Positions 14,955 through 20,161 of a stretch of 20,161 nt of DNA are shown in pieces. Origin of the DNA: a virus (Duplodnaviria; Heunggongvirae; Uroviricota; Caudoviricetes); the IMG/VR virus record IMGVR_UViG_3300019776_000583, positions 1 to 20,161 of that record, one strand, 5' to 3'. The translations under genes and the position numbers were made by a program. The notes beneath the pieces are model-generated. The model ran no database searches, was not told where the DNA came from, and saw only the letters and a program-made list of their open reading frames with translations. Each line of letters opens with the position of its first letter. Positions within the stretch are counted from its first letter, which is position 1.

Positions 14955-15052
14955 AGCTCTCCTGGAGAAGCCCGCGGTTCTTCTTCCGCGGCGGCCTGTT
15001 CCTGCAGGTCTGGGGCAAATGGTATCGGGTGTTGAAGTGGGGGCCGACGTGA
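14951..15052 (+). CDS. 33-aa aromatic/cationic peptide (not in the ORF track)
   Basis: MKLSWRSPRFFFRGGLFLQVWGKWYRVLKWGPT with GTGA overlaps at both ends. Confidence 0.55.
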   Translation: MKLSWRSPRFFFRGGLFLQVWGKWYRVLKWGPT

Positions 15053-15390
15053 TCGGCCGCCGCTCATTCCTGGCCGGAATCCTTGGCGCCGCTGCAGCGC
15101 CGGCGATCGTCAAGGCTGAGAGCCTGATGAAGATCATCGTGCCGCGGCAGGCGCTGTACACGGGCGAGCTTGGGGCGATCGACGGCTTCAGGATCGTGAC
15201 CTCGAACACGATAGCGCGCGAAATGCTGCAGCATGCCGGCCCGCTGCTGCTGATGCGGCGGTTCTCCGCCTGTCTCCCGATGCCGCCGCCGGACTACCCG
15301 ACCATCAAGTTCAGAAGGCGCGCTGGCCCCACCTTCTCCGAATCAACAATCTTGCACGATCTCCTGAGAGGAGACAGAAAGACAACATGA
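15049..15390 (+). CDS. Protein with twin-arginine (Tat)-like signal
   Basis: GRRSFLAGILGAAAAPAIVKA. GTGA-coupled start. Confidence 0.6.
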   Translation: MIGRRSFLAGILGAAAAPAIVKAESLMKIIVPRQALYTGELGAIDGFRIVTSNTIAREMLQHAGPLLLMRRFSACLPMPPPDYPTIKFRRRAGPTFSESTILHDLLRGDRKTT

Positions 15391-15794
15391 ACAAACCCCA
15401 TAAGCACGCCGCAGTCATCAAGGCTTGGGCCGATGGCGCGGAGATCGAGTTCCTGAATAATTCCACCAACAGTTGGCAGGCAGTGACGCTCGACAATTCT
15501 CCTCTGTGGAGCTTGTCCACCCAGTACCGCGTGAAGCCGAAGCCCAGGATTGAGCGCATCCGGGTGGCGCTGATGCACAGTGGAAAGGGCTCTCATTGGA
15601 CCATGCTCGTGAGCACAGATGAAGACGCCGTATGGGCGGGGAACATGCCGGCCTTCCGCCGCTGGCTGTGCGACTGGCAAGAGATCGAGCTGCCGGAGCC
15701 GGTGAGTGTCCTCTCGAAATTCGAGGAGGCGTTCAATCAGCGCGCGCATAACCCCATCGATGACTTCCTGATCAGGATGGGCTCGGTATGCTGA
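15387..15794 (+). CDS. Conserved phage hypothetical protein (135 aa)
   Basis: PHKHAAVIKAWADGAEIE...YRVKP. GAGGAG upstream. Confidence 0.75.
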   Translation: MNKPHKHAAVIKAWADGAEIEFLNNSTNSWQAVTLDNSPLWSLSTQYRVKPKPRIERIRVALMHSGKGSHWTMLVSTDEDAVWAGNMPAFRRWLCDWQEIELPEPVSVLSKFEEAFNQRAHNPIDDFLIRMGSVC

Positions 15795-16048
15795 GGCGCA
15801 GTCCCGCCACCTCCACCCTGCTGGGTGCGCTCTGGCGATGCGTCGCCATGACGGCCATCATCGCGGTGCTGATCCCTCTCGTCTGGATCGGCATCTCGAT
15901 GCGCCTCGTGATCAACTCCCCGAAGATCGCCTGGCACGCCATCGATGACTGGCGCTTTCACCAACGCCGACACCCCGGGTGCGACTACAGGCTGAGCCAG
16001 TCCATCCGGCTGCACTGGCGCATCTGGCTGCGATCGGAGGGTCTCTGA
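15788..16048 (+). CDS. Small membrane protein (86 aa)
   Basis: Long hydrophobic segment. Confidence 0.6.
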   Translation: MLRRSPATSTLLGALWRCVAMTAIIAVLIPLVWIGISMRLVINSPKIAWHAIDDWRFHQRRHPGCDYRLSQSIRLHWRIWLRSEGL

Positions 16049-16329
16049 TGATCCGCAACGCAGTGCTGCGCGCGCGGCATGAGGCCAGCCTCGGCATCAC
16101 GAGGGATCACATCGATTCGGGGATCGCTGCGATGCTGCTCGAGGAGAAGAGCAACAAGCAGATGGTGGCCGCCACCGGGGTGCCGAACACCACGATCAAC
16201 CACCGGCTGCTGGCGATGTCCAGGCGGGCCGGGGCGAGGACGCGCGTGGGCCTGGCTCTGGCGCTGCAACGACAGCTGTGGTCGGAAGGCGCTGCCGATG
16301 GCCGCCAGGTGGCCGCGGTAGCCCGATGA
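16048..16329 (+). CDS. Stand-alone LuxR-type HTH protein (93 aa)
   Basis: LLEEKSNKQM.AATGVPNTTINHRL.AM.RRAGARTRVGLA. GGAGG RBS and TGATG overlap. Confidence 0.65.
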   Translation: MIRNAVLRARHEASLGITRDHIDSGIAAMLLEEKSNKQMVAATGVPNTTINHRLLAMSRRAGARTRVGLALALQRQLWSEGAADGRQVAAVAR

Positions 16330-19300
16330 CTGAAGACGATCCCAAGCTCGCCGGCCTGAAGCTCCTCAGGGACAACCTGGAGGTCTACAGCGCCCACTGC
16401 CTGAAGGTGAAGACCAAGGACGGCCGCATCGTTCCGTTCATATGGAACCGCGCCCAGCGCTTCGTGCACGCCCAGCTCGAGGAGCAGCGCAAGCGGCTCG
16501 GCTTCGTGCGGGCCTTGATCTTGAAGGGCCGTCAACAGGGCATCAGCACCCTGGTTGGGGCCCGCTTCTACCATCGCACAACGATGAACCTCGGCCAGCA
16601 GGCCTTCATCGTGACGCACGAGCAGAAGGCGACCGACAACCTCTACCAGATGGTGAGGCGCTACCACGACCACAACCTGATCCCGATCAGCACCGGCGCG
16701 ACCAACGCGAAAGAGTTGATCTTCGACCTGCTGGATGGAGGCTACAAGCTGGCCACCGCGGGCACCAAGGACGTCGGACGATCGAACACTGCGCAGCTTC
16801 TGCACGGCTGCTTGGGGGCGGGCGCCCTGGTAATGATGGCGGATGGATCGCTGCGCGCGATCGAGACCTTGGAGCCTGGCGACGTGGTCCGAACGCGCCG
16901 CGGCTTCGAGGCGCCGGTCAAGGGGATCAGCTGGCACTCGGGCTCGACCCGTGAGCTGCGCATTGCGATGAACGGGCTGCGCCTGCGCGCCACCGACAGC
17001 CACAAATTCTGGACTCGCCGTGGGATGGTCGCTCTGGCTGACCTGCGCGTCGGCGACGAGCTCGGCTTCCCGGTGCGCGAGATCACCGAGGAGATCTTGA
17101 CGACCCGATTCGCCTGCGATCCGACAGTGCGCGCCCACGGCGGCGGGAGGTCCGAGGCGCCTGGCCCAGAGTCCATGCCATTGACATTCGAGCTCGGCCG
17201 CATGTTGGGCCTGTACCTGGCAGAAGGGCACGTTGACCTGCAAACCAAGGCGCCCCATGCGCCGGCGGCCGTGATCTTCGCCTGCCACGAGCGCGAGCTC
17301 GAGCGCAACACCGCTTGGGTGCGCGAGGTTGGCGGCTTCTCGTCGCTGTCCGAGCGCTCGAACAAGGGCAGCAAGACGCGAATGACGAACGCCTATGGCC
17401 GGCAGTTCGCGAGCTTCGTGCTGCGCATGTGCGGCCGCAACGGCGGCAAGCACTTGCCCCACGAATGGTGGCGGATGCCGCGCGAGTTCGTTCGCGGCCT
17501 GCTGGTCGGCTACCTGGCTGGCGATGGGCACTGCTCGCCGGAGCGTGATCGACGCATCCAGGCGCCGTCTATCGTGCCGGCCATCGCCTACGGCATGCGC
17601 GACGTCGTGGCTGCACTCGGCTACGGGTTCCCGTCGGTCAGTTTCCGCGACGCCAGGCAGAGAGGAGGCCGCAACGAGAAGGCCCAGTACACGCTGCGCA
17701 TCACGGGCTCTGCGGTCGACGCGATCGCGCCGATGCTTGGCTGGGAGATGCCTCCACGCAGCAGGGCCGTACACGACACCCGGATTCAGGGTGGCTACGC
17801 CTGGCTCGCCATCGACTCGATCGGCGATCCGGCAGATGAAATGGTCTGGGACATCGAGGTCGACCACCCTGACCACGACTACTGCCTGACACAGTGCGCC
17901 ACCAGCAACAGCGAATTCGGCTTCTGGGCCAACGCTCAGAGCCACCTGGCCGGCATCGGCAACACCATCGTCGACGCCGCCCCGACGGAGATCATCCTCG
18001 AGTCCACCGGCAACGGCCTGGGCAATGCGTTCCACCTGATGTGGCAGGACGCGGAGGAGGGCAAGGGTCTCTACATCCCGATCTTCGTGCCATGGTTCTG
18101 GCAAGAGGAGTACCGCGCCCCAGTTCGAGCCGACCTTGAACTTTCCGATGCCGACATCGCATACCGCGACTGCCACGGCCTCGACATGGAGCAGATGCAG
18201 TGGCGGGCCAACAAGATCACCAGCTACGGCGACGGGTTCGCGTGGCTCTTCGATCAGGAGTACCCGGCGTGTGTGGTGGCGGGAACGCGCGTTGGCACGA
18301 GCGCGGGGCTGATCAAGATCGAAGACGTGGCCTCCGGTATGGCGGCGACAATGGGCGCGATCGAAGCCAGCAACAAGCAGCCGCCGTCTCAGATCTTCAA
18401 GCTCACCACCTCGCTGGGGTATGAGTTCAGGGGAACCTGGGATCACCCGGTCTTCACGGCGGGCGGGGTCCTGCTGCCGATGATGTCTTGCAAAGGGGTC
18501 GACATCAGGCTGCAGCCGCCGATGCTTGCCGAGGCGCAGCACGTCGAGCGCTGGCGCGAGTTCGGGGTCGACAGCTCGATCCGCGTCGAAGAAGACTTCG
18601 GCCTGCTGCTGGGCCTCTTTATGGGTGATGGGTCGCTGTACGACGGCTGCGTCAGCTTCTGCTGCGACGCCAGGGACGGTGATGTGGTCGCCGAGTGCCA
18701 GCGTCTTCTGCAGGATGTGCTGGGCATATCTTCTGCGACGCGACAGGTCGGCAGCAAGGGCGGCGGCGTCGAGGTCAGGGCGCAGCGCAAGGAGCTCACG
18801 GCCGTCTTTGACAGGCTTGGCCTGCTGCGTGACGGGGCTGGCAACTCAGGCCGCAAGCGCATGGTCTGCGTCCCGGAATGCATCTGGCGCTCTCCGCGGC
18901 CCGTGGTGATCCAGTTCCTTCGGGGCCTCTTCGAGTCTGACGGGTTCAATGGCTACGGGCATCCGCGCGTCACTCTGTTCAGCAAGCACAAGGACTTCCT
19001 CGGCGGCACACAGCTGCTGCTGCTTGCGCTCGGCATCACGTCGAGGCTGGGTCTCGAGACAAGCAGGAAGGGCGACAAGACTCACGTCGGCTACAGCCTG
19101 ACGATGCGCCGCAATGAGTCGATCAAGTTCAACGAGGTGGTCGGCTTCATCTCGAAGCGCAAGTCCGACAAGGCTGCCTCGTGGCGTGCGGTTGGCAAGA
19201 CCGGAGCTCGGCGCCTCGAGATCGAGATGGTCGATCGCGTCGCGTCGGTGGTCGAGGACGGCTTCGAGGCAACCTACGACATGACGGTCCGCGGAGGCGA

Positions 19301-20015
19301 GGCCTTCGATGCGAACGGCATCCTGACGCACAACACCGCAGCTCTCGCATTCCAGACCGGCACGATGAACCCGCTGTGCTCGCCGCACTTCGTGAGCTCG
19401 GCAGCCAACGGCGACTTCTACGACGAGGCCGGCGCCCTGATCATCGGCTGCGACCCGGCGAGCGACGGCGCCAGCACCAAGGACCGGACCTGCATCGTCT
19501 TCCGCCGCGGCCGCGTGGTGTTTCGTGTGGAGTACCACGACAAGCTCAGCTCGATGCAGGTCGCCGGCAAGCTGGCCAACTACTACGCAGAGTTCGATCC
19601 TGACGCGATCTTCGTGGACAAGGGCGGCATCGGCACTGGCATCGTGGATCGCTTGCAAGAGCTGCAGATTCCTGTGATCGGAGTGATGTTCGGGGAGGCC
19701 GCAAGCGAGCCCGACATCTACGCCAACAAGAAGGCCGAGATGTGGTGGCGAATGAAGGATTGGTTCGAGGAGAAGCCGAACCGCATCGTCAACAACCCCG
19801 CGTTCATCAGCGACATCTGCGCGCCGCAGCCCGACGTCTCGAGCAACGGGCGCAAGCTCCTCGAGTCGAAGGAGAAGCTCGAGAAGCGCCAGATCAGAAG
19901 CCCTGACGGCGGCGACGCGCTGGCCCTGACGTTCGCCGAGAAGGTCATGTCCAAGGCAGCTATGGCGGGCAGCACCAAGACGTCGCACGAGACGGCATCC
20001 AAGGCCGGCTACTGA
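16326..20015 (+). CDS. terL: Terminase large subunit precursor with two inteins (1229 aa, 507 aa spliced)
   Basis: Walker A ILKGRQQGIST, Walker B QLLHG/SE, motif III LESTGNG, QEYPA/T, RNase H-like nuclease IGCDPA, FVDKGG, SPDGGDALALTF. Confidence 0.95.
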   Translation: MTEDDPKLAGLKLLRDNLEVYSAHCLKVKTKDGRIVPFIWNRAQRFVHAQLEEQRKRLGFVRALILKGRQQGISTLVGARFYHRTTMNLGQQAFIVTHEQKATDNLYQMVRRYHDHNLIPISTGATNAKELIFDLLDGGYKLATAGTKDVGRSNTAQLLHGCLGAGALVMMADGSLRAIETLEPGDVVRTRRGFEAPVKGISWHSGSTRELRIAMNGLRLRATDSHKFWTRRGMVALADLRVGDELGFPVREITEEILTTRFACDPTVRAHGGGRSEAPGPESMPLTFELGRMLGLYLAEGHVDLQTKAPHAPAAVIFACHERELERNTAWVREVGGFSSLSERSNKGSKTRMTNAYGRQFASFVLRMCGRNGGKHLPHEWWRMPREFVRGLLVGYLAGDGHCSPERDRRIQAPSIVPAIAYGMRDVVAALGYGFPSVSFRDARQRGGRNEKAQYTLRITGSAVDAIAPMLGWEMPPRSRAVHDTRIQGGYAWLAIDSIGDPADEMVWDIEVDHPDHDYCLTQCATSNSEFGFWANAQSHLAGIGNTIVDAAPTEIILESTGNGLGNAFHLMWQDAEEGKGLYIPIFVPWFWQEEYRAPVRADLELSDADIAYRDCHGLDMEQMQWRANKITSYGDGFAWLFDQEYPACVVAGTRVGTSAGLIKIEDVASGMAATMGAIEASNKQPPSQIFKLTTSLGYEFRGTWDHPVFTAGGVLLPMMSCKGVDIRLQPPMLAEAQHVERWREFGVDSSIRVEEDFGLLLGLFMGDGSLYDGCVSFCCDARDGDVVAECQRLLQDVLGISSATRQVGSKGGGVEVRAQRKELTAVFDRLGLLRDGAGNSGRKRMVCVPECIWRSPRPVVIQFLRGLFESDGFNGYGHPRVTLFSKHKDFLGGTQLLLLALGITSRLGLETSRKGDKTHVGYSLTMRRNESIKFNEVVGFISKRKSDKAASWRAVGKTGARRLEIEMVDRVASVVEDGFEATYDMTVRGGEAFDANGILTHNTAALAFQTGTMNPLCSPHFVSSAANGDFYDEAGALIIGCDPASDGASTKDRTCIVFRRGRVVFRVEYHDKLSSMQVAGKLANYYAEFDPDAIFVDKGGIGTGIVDRLQELQIPVIGVMFGEAASEPDIYANKKAEMWWRMKDWFEEKPNRIVNNPAFISDICAPQPDVSSNGRKLLESKEKLEKRQIRSPDGGDALALTFAEKVMSKAAMAGSTKTSHETASKAGY
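16809..17909 (+). mobile_element. Intein 1 with LAGLIDADG homing endonuclease (367 aa)
   Basis: Starts CLGAGALV, block B TDSHKFW, GLYLAEG and GYLAGDG motifs, ends TSN before +1 Ser. Removal restores LLHGSE. Confidence 0.92.
18270..19334 (+). mobile_element. Intein 2 with LAGLIDADG homing endonuclease (355 aa)
   Basis: Starts CVVAGTRV, block B TWDHPVF, GLFMGDG and GLFESDG motifs, ends NGILTHN before +1 Thr. Removal restores QEYPAT. Confidence 0.95.
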
Positions 20016-20017
20016 GG

Positions 20018-20161
20018 ATGAACATGGACCCACGCATCTACCTGCGCCTTGCGCCGTACGCCGTCATCCTGGGCCTGTGCCTGGGCCTGTGGAGCGCCAT
20101 CAACTGGGGCCAGGGCCACAAGGTCGCGAGGCAGGCTGCGGAGGCCGCGATCGTGACCCTG
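20018..20161 (+). CDS. 5' end of a membrane-anchored protein, possibly an i-spanin (truncated)
   Basis: GAGG RBS. MNMDPRIYLRLAPYAVILGLCLGLWSAINWGQGHKVARQAAEAAIVTL is an N-terminal TM followed by Ala-rich helix. Start could be 20024. Confidence 0.45.
   Translation, partial: MNMDPRIYLRLAPYAVILGLCLGLWSAINWGQGHKVARQAAEAAIVTL

Noticed and set aside
16809-17909. Intein 1 as a class 3 intein
   Set aside because: It has a Cys1 nucleophile, consistent with class 1
16107-18542. 811-aa minus-strand ORF (also 18846-20033)
   Set aside because: Antisense shadow of terL caused by GC3 bias. No recognisable motifs
1-20161. Frequent CTCGAG sites
   Set aside because: Plausibly explained by Leu-Glu (CTC GAG) codon pairs in high-GC coding DNA. 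Not counted against an expectation
1-20161. tRNA, rRNA, integrase or att site
   Set aside because: None recognisable by eye. Coding density leaves little room. tRNAscan-SE was not run

Overview
This window is a segment of a high-GC tailed dsDNA phage or prophage. A betaproteobacterial host is my inference from GC content and gene-family resemblance. It has three blocks. (1) 1-1436 (+): HU-like protein, VRR-NUC-like nuclease and DUF1364/YbcO-like nuclease. (2) 1384-8581 (-): about 24 small, mostly unknown genes, probably early or host-takeover functions. They are split into modules by four copies of a 67-77 bp linker made of stop codon, CAAC-N5-GTTG palindrome, extended -10 and AGGAG RBS. The block includes a candidate SAM lyase and a degenerate HNH protein. 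(3) 8788-20161 (+): a lysis cluster (holin-like, coiled-coil/TM protein, Ser/Thr phosphatase, GH19 endolysin), many small translationally coupled ORFs, a probable TerS, and a 1229-aa TerL interrupted by two LAGLIDADG inteins (507 aa after splicing). No tRNA, rRNA, CRISPR array or integrase was seen. Product names come from motifs I recognised by eye, not from database searches. Several start codons were moved relative to the ORF track using RBS and stop/start overlaps.
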